DNA of 63,970 bases, counting the filler, from Folioceros fuciformis (Eukaryota), in NCBI GenBank assembly GCA_049999805.1. It is 11 parts of 10 records of this genome, joined end to end, with 100 filler letters (N's around TTAATTAATTAA, not from the genome) between each part and the next. Parts side by side here need not be neighbours in the genome. Positions count along the whole stretch, not along the records: positions 10,034 to 25,550 come from JBNGIO010004215.1; positions 25,651 to 39,260 come from JBNGIO010004215.1; 9 more parts are not named here. One strand, written 5' to 3'. Under the pieces are notes generated by a model. The model searched no databases. It had not been told where the DNA came from and saw nothing but the letters and a program-made list of their open reading frames with translations. This document shows positions 23,368 through 36,599 of this stretch, one piece after another. Position 1 is the first letter of the stretch; every line of letters begins with the position of its first letter. A program made the translations under genes and the position numbers.

Positions 23368-23809
23368 TCTTTCTCCTCTCCTGCTTGCTTCCTCTTCTCC
23401 TTCTTCACCATGTGGCTCCTCTAACGATACTTTAGAGGATTCTTAAACCAAGTACCCAATGTTTATGCAATGGAATTAGTGTACTTGTTGATCAACGGAA
23501 CTCTAACCTTGTGGTGTAGGCGGTGAGACCTTGCTAGGCATAGAGTTCAGGGGCCATTAAAAGGATGGCTACTGGGTCCTGAGTTTAGTTAAAGGTCTCG
23601 CCACTAGCATATATAAGAAAGAGAAAGGTAGCATAGACTAGTAGGATGAGAAACTTGGTAGCTATAATACCATGACAACATTTGTTGGCACTAGCTCTGA
23701 AAGCAAAAGAAAGCTATTCATATTTAATAATAATAAAACTATATTCAATAATAATAAAACTATCTAATATACAAAAATAAGTCAGTGTCCATTTGTTCTA
23801 GGGTTATTG

Positions 23810-24620
23810 CCATACTCATCTAAGTTGTAATTGAAGATCTATATCTATCCCAAGTGACATGGTTAAAATAACCCAATCTGCTAGGGTTTCAACATTGGGG
23901 TCATACATTCCTTGCATCGAAGCACTACTCAACTTCATCCCAAAGTATTCAAATGTTGCTTGACATCCAGCATCCCACTTCTAAGCTTTTAACATCTTCA
24001 GGAGGTTAGTAATGGGGGCTACTATCTTAGCAAAGATATGTACAAATCTTTTGTACAGAAAAGCCAAACTTATGAAGCTGAATACCTAATGAATGTTCTC
24101 AAAGGATTGCCAATTCTAAATGGCCTTGATGTTTACAATGGACAAAAACCCTTGCATTAGTAAGTTTAGATGGTATGACTAAGCACTCAAAAGATCCATA
24201 CCTTGTCTTACAAACTATTTTGTACTTATTCCCTTGTGTAATCATGATTTAATAGCATTGTATTATCAAATCATCAAATCTAGCTTGGTGAAATACTTAG
24301 AACTCTTCAACTTGTTAAACATGTACTCCATTCTCAATAAGGAATTTTCATTCTTTAAGGTAATTTAATTTTGAACTCTATAATCCATACCCACTATCAA
24401 TTCTCCATTCATTTTGCATGTAAATAACATCGACTCATCAAAAGGTCACTTCTAGATTTTGATATATTCCTTTGCTAGCAGGTTGGATAGTTGTTTAAGT
24501 TCTAATAACTCATCATTTGAAATCTATAAAGTGCTCTTGATACAATTCTTATGTGAAATCTTCAAGACCATTTTTCAATCCTTAGAACACAACTAAATGC
24601 ATATTCTTCTTTTGTCTTAT
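23810..24620 (-). pseudogene. Highly degenerate Ty3/gypsy RT fragment
   Basis: Minus-strand remnant MFNKLKSSKYFTKLDL near 24270-24325, resembling the + strand gypsy RT at ~35250; many stops, AT-shifted; limits approximate. Confidence 0.65.
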
Positions 24621-25650
24621 GTCCTACTTTAGCTCTTTTCTTAAAATAAACTATATTAAGGGCATCTCAAGCTCTTGCCGAAGACTAGTATGAACCACCT
24701 TATATTTTCTATTTTTTTAAATCTCTATGACAAGGACTTCATATCGATAATTATTTTCTATTATTGAAAAAGACATAAAAAGTCCCCATGTATTCCAAAG
24801 ATTGGAGGAACAACCCATATCTAGGTGTGGATTTTATTCACTATAGAACCAAATTTATTTCATGATTTATACTCAGGAAGCTCGTAATGTCTTCTCACTC
24901 CTCTACTATTGAATTTACATCATGAAACTCTATTAAATTGCTAAGTCCCCTTAACTTGCTTACTTCCATCTAGCAAGTTCCTGCCCACTCTAGATAATAA
25001 ATTGGTGTGCACTATAAGATAATGTGTGCAAAATATTCTAACGTATTCTTGTAATGAAGGGTGTTTTAACAGATGGCTAAATTGAACGATTGTTAAGATT
25101 TTCATATAATCCTCAATTCTTTGTAATACCCTCGACTTAGGACTTCAAAAGAATTCATGCTTATATATTTGACCTCTTATTTGGATAAGTTAATCTAATG
25201 AATATTGAGCAGGTATCAATAAATCATGAAAAATAATAGATCAGGGACACCAAGTAAAGACCATCATCAGAAGTAATTGATTCGCCATTTCTCTTCTGCA
25301 TCGCGCTATGGTGTCATCTCGTAGACTATGGTTCATATCATCTCTTTACCGTCGCCAACGACTATGGTGTCGTATTTTCTCTCTTTCACGTTGTAGTAGA
25401 CTATGGTGTCTTTTTGCATCGTAGTGGACCATGTACATGTCACGTTGATCCCTTTCGCGTCGCAATGGACTCCAGTCTTGTGTTTTGTGTCGACCACCCT
25501 TACGTCGCAGTAGACTCCAGTGTCTTGTGGTAACTTTACTTGGCTTTAACNNNNNNNNNNNNNNNNNNNNNNNNNNNNNNNNNNNNNNNNNNNNTTAATT
25601 AATTAANNNNNNNNNNNNNNNNNNNNNNNNNNNNNNNNNNNNNNNNNNNN

Positions 25651-25880
25651 GAACTGCAGTCGCCTGCGGTGCCGTATCCAACCGCTCTCGCATCGCAGGT
25701 TATGGTAACTCTACTGGGCTTTAACAACTCTGGGAATTGAACTGCAGTAGCCTGCGGTTCCGTGTCCGACCGCTCTCGCATCGCAGGCTACTGCTCTCGC
25801 ATCGCAGGCTACTGCTCTCGCATCGCAGTACAGTAGCCTGCGGTGCCGTGTCCGACCGCTCTCGCATCGCAGTAGCCTGC
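25651..25880. repeat. GC-rich minisatellite (GCTCTCGCATCGCAG core, 21-bp inner units plus longer units)
   Basis: Core recurs five times between 25684 and 25872, with repeated GCCTGCGGTGCCGTGTCCGACC-type blocks. Confidence 0.8.
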
Positions 25881-26073
25881 GAGTCTCCAAGCTTGTCTCC
25901 AAGCTCAAGATTCGGTTTGCCCTTCCATCGAGTCTCTACCCATCTGAACCCAAACACTCCATCACCAGAGAGGGTAGCAGGTGCATGAACTTGTAATTCC
26001 AAAGCGGTTACCTTAATGATCCCATTTTTCAAGCAACTCTGGTTAAGCTATAGGGTGATGGGACATTATCCTG

Positions 26074-29000
26074 TTAATCATATGATGCCAGAATGGACTG
26101 CACAGACACCTGCTGATGAGGTTGCAGGGAGCTTGATGCAGATGTATGCTGCAGCTGCCTCAACAGTTCTTCTATGCGAACAGCTGTTTCAATGTTGACA
26201 AGCTCTGTGCCAGCACACAAGATCTGCAACCAAGAACCACACCATATTATACATTACGAAGACAAACCACAAAGTAGTCCTTAAACTGTGGCAGAGACCA
26301 ACCTCTATAAAGATTGACATGATTCTGGGTATGTTGCAATTGCTTGGCCCCAGAACAACCACATCTGACCTGTAATACATCGAGTAAACACAGCGGCGTA
26401 CCAAGATATTTCAAGAAAAGTGCAAACACAGTACCTCTCCACCATTGAACAGAGCTGCTCATGCACAATCTTAGCCTCTACGAGGTCTCCTCTCAACGGC
26501 AGACAATTAAGCCAGGCTGATACCACCTGAAAGACATGCTCCCGTCACACAACTCAGAACCAAGTGAAATCGAAAAACAAGATCCATATCATCAGAACTA
26601 CCCACTAACTAGAAAACTCGTACTTGAGATATTTCCATTCCTTCACTCTGATGTTCACAAATCTTCCCAAGCGCAGACACAGCATTGTCAGTTGCCATGA
26701 TGCTGTCTGGATGGTAGGCTGACGGATCCGTAATTACACCAGTAAGTCTCTGCAGTGCCTCTGCGAGTGCACAAGGGAGACGTTGTCACAAATTACACCA
26801 GAAAGACATACACAAGCATCAAAGGCCCAGAAAGGTACCAGACAAAGCAGGTTGAAACCAGTGACCACCAAACTCTGCGCACACCCCAATACCATACACT
26901 GCAGCCTGCAACATCTATTTCCTTAAGTGATAAAATTACAGATTTAGGGCGTGGAGGAAAATCACTGCATAATTGCCACGCACCTGCCGAACATCGTGGC
27001 TCACATCTGTACTTGCTTCCAACAGAGCAGGCAGAAACGTACCATAGTATCTGTCATCACAGTCTGAGTTCTAACATCACAGAAGGAACCAACACAACAA
27101 CTCACATGCAAGAAGCTTACTTCACAGCTAGGTTGCGGGTTTGCTCTGCAATATCATCAAACAAACAAATGACCACCCTCCTTTCTTTTGGTGAGCGTTC
27201 CTTGTCCTGTCACACAAACTGCACCTTCACGTCTGTGTTTCCAAGATGATAGCAATATTGATGTAATCAGCGACGGTATATTGCACAAGGTATTGTGTCA
27301 GCTAACTAATTCACTGTACCTGAGGAGGCGCCACGTTTGAGCCTCTGGGCCATCAGGAAACGGAAATCAAATGCAGCACTCACCAACATTGGTACGAGAT
27401 ATGGTAGGAGCTCTTCGAAATAGGGCAAGAACGCTCCCTTGAAAGTCCTGATCAGAGTACCAAGGCACGCTCCAACCTGTGACCTCCAACAACAGAGTAT
27501 GTCAGTTACACAGCCCAGACATAATCGATCAGAATAAACCACTCACATCATGGTCCGGCTTCTGTAGCAACTACTACCTACCCGCTCGAATACTTCCTCT
27601 TCCTGTTGATTTTCTTCCTCCAGTAATTCCCCTTCTTCATCATCGAAGTCTTCAGTTCTCTCGATATCAGCTCTTTTTTTCTTCCGCACGTCAATAGCTA
27701 TGATGACCTGTTTAAATTCCTCAACGAGGGATGTAATTTGAACAGAGTCTAGCTCAGCTTCTGACATCTGCTTCACGGATTAAGGTAGATAAGCAACTTC
27801 TATCTTGCAGAAGCGAGAGAATTCTACAATATACGCCTGAAGGTGAGGCAAGCAGCTTCACATGTCTAATAGGCAGCCATACTTCCATCTCATCAAGTAG
27901 GGGGATGGACGATTACAACCGAAAGAAGTTGGATTATGAAAGTACCTGAAGGCACTCATTTAGAGACTCCAAAATACTTGCACAGATCTCTGTTTCTGGT
28001 TCCTGCAACAATCCAATAGCACGTCTGACATTTTCACAGGAAAAAAAGAAGAGAACGGCTCAAATGATCACCTGCACGGGGCATGGTATCTTCAGAGACA
28101 TTACACTACCCTACCTTATGAAGATCCTGTATGAGTGGAGACACTATATAGTCCAGCAACTCTTTCAGATACGATTGGTCACGACCTTGAGCGTGACCTT
28201 TCTCAACGGCAAGTTTACCAGACCGGAGGATCACTGGCATGGCTGCAATGAAAAGCACTGACTGTCAGCAAATACTCTCATAACATACGATATGATACTT
28301 ATATCCCACTGCGGAATTTGAGAAAGGATTGCCTCACCAGACACGGCAGCCTTCCGCACCTCTTCATGGAAATAGAACTTCAGAAGTGGGACAAGGATTG
28401 TTGCCACCTACTAATGCACAACTGGATAAATTCATCTGAATCATACGGAAGCCAGGTTTGCACCAACAGGCTGAACGAAGATACTACCTGGTCAATCCAT
28501 GGGTAGAAACCTTCCTTCAGCTCATCTGCATAACAGCAAAGCATATTGCAAGCTGTAGCCTTTTCCTCCAACACACTAGTCCGTATACTGATCTTCTTGT
28601 CACCAACAGTGATGGTCTCCATACTTCACATAAAACGATGGGAATAGTTGCAGTACACACTACCATAACATCAACGTGCTGAAAAGCTTAAGGTACCGTC
28701 CTGACTACCCTCCATTGCTCACAAAACTCCCTTCCTGAGCACTAAGAGACACTGCACCTTCCATCAGACTCGTTGCCGTCATCCTCAGAGTCAGCATCCA
28801 TGACCGTAACATCAGGTTTCAGTTGGGCCGATCTAAGAAGCGGTGGCATGACAACGCTCATGTATGGTAAGAACTCATGTCCTAGGCATTTGCACAACCT
28901 CGCCCATGCCTTAGCAGCCATCCATGAAAAGAGAAATTATCAGTAGTAAGGAGAAAAAGGTATTCACCCGTCCTTGTTATAAAACCCACGGTCTAAACCC

Positions 29001-31915
29001 CACCTCCCCCAAAAAAACGAACACACACATAAGGGTGAGGTGAAAAACACCTGTAGCATGTAGCTGATTGTAGGGTCGTCATCTTCCATGTGTCCTTGTT
29101 GCAAATCTATGAGCACCTCCATGACCTGGATGCACAGTAGTGAGCTTAGTGAGAAGACACACCACAAATCCGAGTCCACATGGCTGTGACTCATCCTCGC
29201 AATAGAAATTTCCACTTCCAGGTTACATAAACCTGTCAAAGAACGTGCTGTGGCTCAAACATAATAGCTTACTTGCATGGCATCAGCTCGAAACTTCTCT
29301 TTGCCAACTGCCATGCCCACGAGACTGATACATTCCATGGACTTGGCTCGCAACATTCGGTTAGCTCTATCATTAGCGTTTAACAAAATAGCCTTGAGAT
29401 ACGGCATAACAGTGTCATAATATTTCTCGAAGAATCCCTGCCAAGGAACCCCAAAATTCATGCCATGAAATCACTTGACATGAAACTTGGATGACACGCA
29501 AAAACTGGCAGTACTTGTGATGTGTCGGCAACTGATGCAAGCGCAGTTACTGCACCCTCCTGCACCATTCTATTCCCATTCTGCACTAAAAAGTGTTCAG
29601 TTCGACCAGTATACAAATCTCAACACAACGATAGGTGCAATTCTTCAAAAAGAGAATCGTAGTCAACTGCAGCACAACACAAATAAATTAAAACGAATAA
29701 GTAAAATTTGGAGATGGTGATAAATACCTGTAAAAGCAGAAGGAGCTTACTGACAATGCTATCAAGATACAAGGCCAGAATATCAGGAGCACATGTCTCA
29801 CTGAAATTCAAGATGGCAACTGCTGCATGAGCCTGTCCAGTAACACGTATTCTGAATGTGAGAAGTATCTAGACAAGCAAATCGTATGCTACAAGATAAT
29901 TGCTATGAACACAAATACGCACAACTACGTACAAAATTACTCCGCACAGTCGAGAGGCCTAACCTGTATTCTTGGATTTCGAGAGTCATCCATGGCCCCA
30001 ACGAGGGCCAGAACCACATGCCGATGATAGCCTTGTTGCAAATCCGGACCAAGATCAGTAGACAGCTGACCAACAGCATTTATCGCTGCCCAGCGTACAC
30101 GAGGGTGTGGATCTTGAAAGGCTGATAGGACCGTCGTCAATACAGGGTCCAAATTCTTGATCATCTCCTGCACATGGTTTGAACTGTTCAGTTGATACGG
30201 CCAGAATCCTACAGGAGACAGCTAAGCTCCTCAACACAAACCCGCGAGCTTTCCAGTAAATCACACGAGCTGGAGATAAACCCGAAACAAATGCAAAAGT
30301 GACCACACATGAAATCTTCAAATTGGCATCTGCTGCACTGCCCTTGATGTGTGCTAAGTTTACATGCTTGCAATTGTGCTGGACATGACTCAATCTGGCA
30401 TTATGTTGCACTAAAATCAGGTTTTTCAAGTTCTCTCCAGGTGCTAATCAGACGGCTAGCCAAGCGTTTTGAGATTACATGAGGCTGCTCCTGGGTGGGA
30501 AAGAGTTTGGATGTCCGTACACAAAAAGTTCACCCTATTTGTATGTCCGTACATATGAAAATTCAGATGAGCCAACATTAGAACTGTTTGGCCACCAACT
30601 CAAATTTCTACACTAAGAAAGTTCAGACAAACGTCGGAAGGAGATTAGTTCCTGCTAAAACGGAAGCGAGCCCAGATGCCAAGAATCTCACCTTTGCACA
30701 ACCTTCAGCGATTTGAGCCAAGGTTATTAGAGCAGCATGACGCTTCTTCCAATCCTCGTTAGCACCAAAAGAAGGAAGCAGTTGCGATGCTAAGGGCAAA
30801 ATTGTATTCCCGCCCAGAGAAATAGCAAGCCGGTCGAGGCACTCCTGTCCGACTTCGAAGTTGCTAGAGTATCCCACATCCTCGTCTTCCGTTGCAGCAG
30901 CGTGCCAACCAACCTCATCCTCAATATCCAAAAGCATATTCATCAGATAGGCAAGTAGCCTCACGATGATCTGCGGCAGCTTCCTCATCATGCCGGGAGC
31001 ACGCTCTCTTGCCTCAGCTAATGTGATAAGAAATTCCACTGCCAAGTGCCGAGTGCCTTCTTCTAAGTAACATGATTCGGCTACCTGCAACATGACGGAA
31101 ACAACGTCCACAAGCTGCTGACGAAGAAAAGCCGGCTCTGTGCCAGCAACCTCAATGAACATTTTCAGAACATCTTGGGCAGTTGCCTCCTCGTTGCTGT
31201 TGAGTGCCAAAGCCAACGTTCGCAACATTCCGGGTAAAAGATCCTGAAATTGCTCCAACTCCTCGGAATTCCCTATTGACTGCACGAAGTTGGTCGTCGC
31301 TTGCAAAGCAGCCATACGGACGTCACCAGAAGTTGAGGCCAGACACTGTTGCAAGACGCTGTGCAGAGTGGAAAGGCGAGACCGTAGCTGAGGGCCCACA
31401 TGCTGAGAAAGTTGTGCAAACATGTGTAAAGCACTTCCTTGGAGACGATCGGAACCTGAACTAACACACTGAAACATAAATGGCAGCAATTCGGGCCACA
31501 ACCCATCATCCATGATTCCAACTGCCAGCTCTACTACGGTATCACTCAACTTCTTCAATATGCTCTTGTCATCCTCCTGCTGCACGCACAACAAAAGCTG
31601 AGATTTGACGAGCACCTGGGTAGCGGAAGTGAGCTGCGACCAGAGATTTACGTCGTCCTTAGTAATCTTCCTCAAAAGCACGGCGCTCATGGCACGAACT
31701 TCAAGGTGTAGTGAGGTCTGTAGAGTGAACACTAACTTCGACACCAGCCGATCTGGGAAGCCCACCTTGCACTGGTTAAAAATACGTTCCGCTTCCCCAC
31801 GCTCCTCGTTGCTAGCACTCATCAGGTGACCTATGAGGTATTCGAAGGCCTCTGCGTCCGACCCCAGTACCGCCATCACCTGCATCTGCTGCTGCTCACC
31901 TACAGCAGCAACCAT
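26074..31915 (-). CDS. IMB3: Importin-5 / importin beta-3 (karyopherin, KETCH1/IMB3-like), 20 exons, ~1108 aa
   Basis: Manually assembled GT-AG exons: 30692-31915, 29964-30167, 29728-29832, 29515-29580, 29273-29437, 29051-29125, 28758-28909, 28488-28623, 28338-28407, 28115-28242, 27946-28002, 27582-27767, 27384-27476, 27121-27206, 26984-27050, 26839-26905, 26624-26760, 26435-26526, 26303-26369, 26074-26223. Total 3327 nt, phases consistent, no internal stop seen. Motifs [77 protein letters not shown]. Confidence 0.95.
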
Positions 31916-32372
31916 GTTTCCACTTTCCGCAAAGCGCCAAGACTCTGCCTCTCCTGCGTGTAATTAGCACGTAGTCACCCGCACCGTGTTGGTCAACAGG
32001 AGAACCACAAGACCTAGGGCAGTGATCCTCCCTCCTACATTCCAACCATCAGAGGTAGATCGCTTATGGTTGCGAAATGTGACCAAGGCATCTGTCCAAG
32101 TCGAGACGTGCGCTCCCCGCTGCGGAAAAGTTGCTCGAGCGCTAGGCCGCCGAGGCCCGACGAGTAGGGCCTGCGGCTGCAAGGAAGCACCGATGAACAG
32201 CGGCGTCCGGAGCCTATATATCGGACGTTACATGTTTCGTGGGTAGGTTGAGGGCAGACCCCGGCCAATCATTTTTAGCTAAAGGCGTAAAACTAAACTT
32301 TTTACTCCTCAATATATTTTATACTTCAGAAAAGTGTCAAACACTAACAAAGCTGGTTTGAGTGCCAAGCAA

Positions 32373-32715
32373 GAAAGCTCCATGCATAAGCATATTTAGC
32401 ATAACAGTTTATTAAGAGTATGAAAGCTCCATGCATAAGCATATTTAGCATAACAGTTTATTAAGAGTATGATAAGCGTACAGTCCCAGGAAAGTGAAGT
32501 GCGTGGTAGTGAATAATGGTTTAAAGCTTAAGTAAGTAGTTGCTAAGGAAAGTGAAGTGTGTGGTAGTGAATAATGGTTTAAAGCTTAAGTAAGTAGTTG
32601 CTAAGTTAGTGACTAGAGCTTGTGTACAATAGGGGACCTAGCCAAGGTCTAACGACAGTTGAGTTGAGTTGAGTGGGGACCTAGCCAAGGACTAACGAAA
32701 GTTGAGTTGAGTTCA
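32373..32715 (+). repeat. Three successive tandem duplications (49, 58 and ~43 bp) inside the gypsy LTR
   Basis: Repeat starts at 32373/32422, 32488/32546 and 32632/~32675. Confidence 0.85.
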
Positions 32716-33615
32716 GTATCTCTTCAAAGCTTTGAGAGCATGTGTTGCTTGGGCTGTGAGCACATTAGAGATGTGCTATGAAGGAGCTTGTGGAGGAGGT
32801 CAAGAGGTGAACTAAGCTCCTAGCTTAGACAAAGATGGGGAGTTCTCTCTAACCCTCCAGCTTTGTACGTTTTTCTTGACTCGTGGTTTTGAAATAAAGA
32901 GCAATAGCAAGGGTGCTAGTTGCGAGTCCTCCTAGAAGAGGAGGGCGAGCTACTTGGAGGCCTAGTGTTGTGTCTGGTGTTTTAATTACTAACTCTTGCT
33001 TTTGCTTCTAACTGCGTGACTTTGTCTCACCCCGCCAAAGGGACTGTTACTTGTTGGTATCATAGCATAGGTTGAAGCATCCTTGATTAGTACGCTAGTG
33101 ACTAGTCCTTGGCAGATTCTACTGCGTCAAGTAGAGCAAACAACATGCGCCACCAGAAAGATAAAGCCCCACTTTTTGAAGCCATTATGGAAGAGCCAAA
33201 GGCGGATCCTCAAGTTGTGAGAACGATAGAGGAAGGAACTTCGGAGTAGAGGACCGACACCACCATAGAAGACCAGCTCCAGAAAATCATGAAGAGACTA
33301 CATACCTTTGATCAAGAGCTTAAAGGCAAATGAAGGCTTGTTGAAGAAGAGCGAAAAGAAGTGGAGCCCGAGCCTGAGATAAGTGCCACTAAGAAATCCA
33401 AGAAGTTGAGGCTAAGTGTTCAAGCCCCGAAGAATAACAAGGGCAAGCGTGCCATAGAAAAAAATCAGTTCTTGGTTTTTCTCTTTAGAAGCGTACTTGG
33501 AATCATGTAGAGTGTCGCAAGATGAGTGCTTGAAGCACATCACGAATTTCTTGGACGATTATGCTCTTATTGGTGGAGGACTTATATAAAGAGTGTAAGG
33601 CAATGCAATCACATA

Positions 33616-33729
33616 GCAACAATCTTCACAAGGGCAGTTGCAACAATCTTCACATGAGCAATAGCAACAATCTTCACATGGCAGTAGCAACAATCTTCAC
33701 ATGGGCAGTAGCAACAATCTTCACATGGG
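33616..33729 (+). repeat. ~24-bp tandem repeat x5 expanded inside gypsy gag
   Basis: GCAACAATCTTCACA core five times. Confidence 0.85.
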
Positions 33730-35472
33730 TAGACTTGAAGGAAGCGCTGCAACTCCGTTTCCAACCTGCTAATGCTGCAAAGGATGCTCGACAATGTCAA
33801 GCATACTGGAAATGTGCGGGAGTATGTGAGTGAATTCAGCTCTTATGTCTTGCAATGTTCTAAGATGCATGAACAAGACAAACTCCACAAGGCCTTCAGA
33901 GGTGGGCTTAGAACCTGATTGCGTTGACTAATCCTTAGACGCTGCAAGAGGCTATGGCAGCAGCAGATGCTATACCAGACATATTCGTTCAGGAAGCTCA
34001 AGTCTCGAGAGGAAGATATTCCAGATCTCGGGGTAGTTCTAGAGGCAGAGGAAGAGCCACCATTACTAGGAACAATGGCACTAATGAGAATACTGGTAGA
34101 GGCCGTGGTAGAGGCAATAATGGAGGTCGTGGAAGACGACAAGTAGTGCCTACCTCAGGTGTATGCTATAGTTGTGGAGAGCAAGGACACTTTGCTAGGA
34201 ATTGTCCGCATGCAAGAGCTCCTAACTTAAATTTAGTTGCCGCAAATCTAGCTGTCCCAAAAGCTAAGATCAAAGAACTCCCTAAAGAGTCTAAGTGACG
34301 CCATGGGCCACATGTTGTCAAGACATGTGGTGGGTCATTGAGTGTCAAGGATGACACTATTTTCAAAGAAGGTGGAGACCTTATGTATATATGTGGCAAG
34401 ATGAATGGCTTTGATGTAGTGTTGGATTCTGTAGCCACCCATAATTTTGTAACCCTACATAAAGCAAGAGAGCTTGGTCTTGAATGGACTAAAACTTCCA
34501 CACCATATGGAATCAAGCAAGCTAAAGGGACTCTACAATTTCTAGGTGAATTACATAGAGTAAAGCTGCAAGTTGAGGCATGGCAAGGAAGTGTGAGTTT
34601 TACAGCTGTGGAGATGGATGACCATAATATCATCTTAGGTCTAGAGTGGATAAAATCTAATAAAGTGCACATGGATATTAAGTCATGCACCATTGAGATA
34701 TCCAAGAAGCACAAGGTGAGTTGTGTTAGTGTTAGCCAGAGGCTTGAGAGTGCATTGGTAAAGTTGATTTCAAAAAGAGAGTACATTTGATTTCAAAAAG
34801 AGAGCTCAAGAAAGACCTCATAAAAAAGGTGTTATACTTGGTTGTACTCCAAGGACTATAGGATGGTCTGGAGGAAGATTCCATAGAGGAGAAGGACATC
34901 TCAAAATAAGTACAAGCTGTACTAGATGAGTTCAAGGACTTGATGCCAGATGAGTTGCCACCATTGTTGTCTCGAAGTGTAGTAGATTATGAGATTGAGT
35001 TGAAGCCAACGAGTGCACTTCCTTCGAGAGCACCATATAGATTGTCACAGGATGAGTTGTAAGAAGTCAAGCGATAACTATCCAATCTATTAGCAAAGGG
35101 ATATGACAGAGTTTCTAAGTTTCCTTTTGGTGCGCTTGTACTATTCACACGCGAAAAGAATGGAGGACTCACATTTGTTTGGATTACAAAGCTTTGAACA
35201 AGATCACAATCAAGAATGCATATCCTTGGCTGAGAATGGATGACATGTTTGATAGATTGAAGGGTGCCAAGTATTTCACCAAGTTGGACTTGATGGTAGG
35301 GTACTATCAAATCAGGATTGCTGAGGGGCATTAGTATAAAACAGCATGTAGGACAAGATATAGATCTTTTGAGTTTCTTATCATGCCATTTGGACTTACT
35401 AATAAACCTGCCATATTTCAGACTCTTATGAATACTTTATTCATAGATCTAGTGGACAAGTTTTTTTTTAAT

Positions 35473-36120
35473 TGTGGAATGCGGGTTTTTGGCAAGTACC
35501 CGCAGTAGGTAGGGAGCGCCTAATAACATTTTCAGTTTCATTAAGTCTTGGTTAAGTAGGTTAGATGAGTGGCAATAATAAGGGGTAGTTACCCTCTTTG
35601 GGATGGCTACCTATAGGGAAGTAGGTCTATGTAGGGAGGACATCTATGTGGGAGGTAGTACCTAAATAAGAAATATGTTGTGAAGGGCAAGCTACCTATA
35701 GAAAAGGGGACACCTATGTAGGGTATCTATTAAGGGCAGTTAGTACATATAGAAGTATACCTACGACAAGAGGGTATTTAAAAGGGATCCCTACCTTAGG
35801 TGTCCCATCAACAAAGAGTGTTTACCTCCACGTAATGAACTACATCTACCTACATAGCAGAGAATAAGGAAGTAGCAGTGCGACAAGACACCTACACCGG
35901 GAACCTACTTGTTGTGACCAAGCGGGCTCAAAGTGAGAGAAAGGACTTTGTTGTGGTGAGAGCCATCGGGAGGAATGGTGTAGGGGGCATGAAATAAGTT
36001 GCACAAAGATTCACAAGCTGGGAGCACTTGCCCACGAAGGTAGGGGTATAAATTTGTGTAAAGGAGTGCAATCGACGTTCCTGGGTTTTGTTTAATCAGC
36101 GATGGCGCGGACCTCCAACA
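35473..36120 (+). mobile_element. LTR-like repeat family H (right end uncertain) interrupting the gypsy RT
   Basis: Starts TGTGGAATGCGGGTTTTTGGCAA; the first ~325 bp recur inverted at 57887-58225; candidate CA ends at 35813 or 36120; no TSD found. Confidence 0.65.
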
Positions 36121-36599
36121 ACACTCAGGTGGGTTCCAATAGTAGGGGACGACCGATGAGGGCAACCAACTCTCCCAGACCCATTGTTCCAACCTTTTCT
36201 TGCTTTGGGGGCCAACTGAACTCAAGGGATTTCACAGACCTATGGACTTGGGCATGTGACGCAAAAATCCAGCTTGACTGGATATATGGCTATCGTGGTA
36301 AACAACATCAGCCTGATCAGTTGGCTGACAATCTGCAGGATTGTGTGAAAGAGAAAGATTATGAGCACTCACTTTCTAGCTAGCCTAATGGTCATAAATG
36401 TGACTGTAAGACAAATTGGAAACCAATCAAACAAAGTGTTAGCCCTTGCAAGTCCTGATCCCCCCCCCCCCCAAGCGTGGTGATACATGGCACCAAAACT
36501 GCAGGCAGGCCTCCCAAAGAAGTGAATCGGACCCATTGAGTTTACCTGATCAGTTATCACTATGGTCCCTAGCTGAATTCAGCCCCCTGGTCAGTCAAA

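Larger units (their letters stand above)
12366..23434 (+). mobile_element. Ty1/copia element C (Tnt1/Tork-like, same family as A/J): gag-pol 12441-16381 decayed, 3' LTR 16424-~23434 split by element D
   Basis: CYHCHKKGHIRRDC, WIIDSRA, VHSDVCG, QMDVKSAFLHG, LYVDDMLI, KTKHVEVKYHFIRE; PPT AAGTGGGAGGT then TGTAGGG at 16424; the two LTR halves join to match the J LTR 48698-49029; right end approximate. Confidence 0.92.
32335..35472 (+). mobile_element. Decayed Ty3/gypsy (chromovirus-like) element: LTR ~32335-33051, PBS 33055-33066, gag-CCHC, protease, RT; cut at 35473
   Basis: PBS TGGTATCATAGC; CYSCGEQGHFARNC; VLDSVATHNF...[43 protein letters not shown] start inferred from TGTCA. Confidence 0.85.

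Noticed and set aside
25651-25880. Repeat arrays resembling CRISPR (also 3568-3732, 33616-33729)
   Set aside because: No unique spacers, no cas genes, eukaryotic context; they are minisatellites.
26074-31915. Functional linkage between the importin gene and the NLS-like/FG-like TE proteins
   Set aside because: They are on different scaffolds joined artificially; co-occurrence is coincidental.
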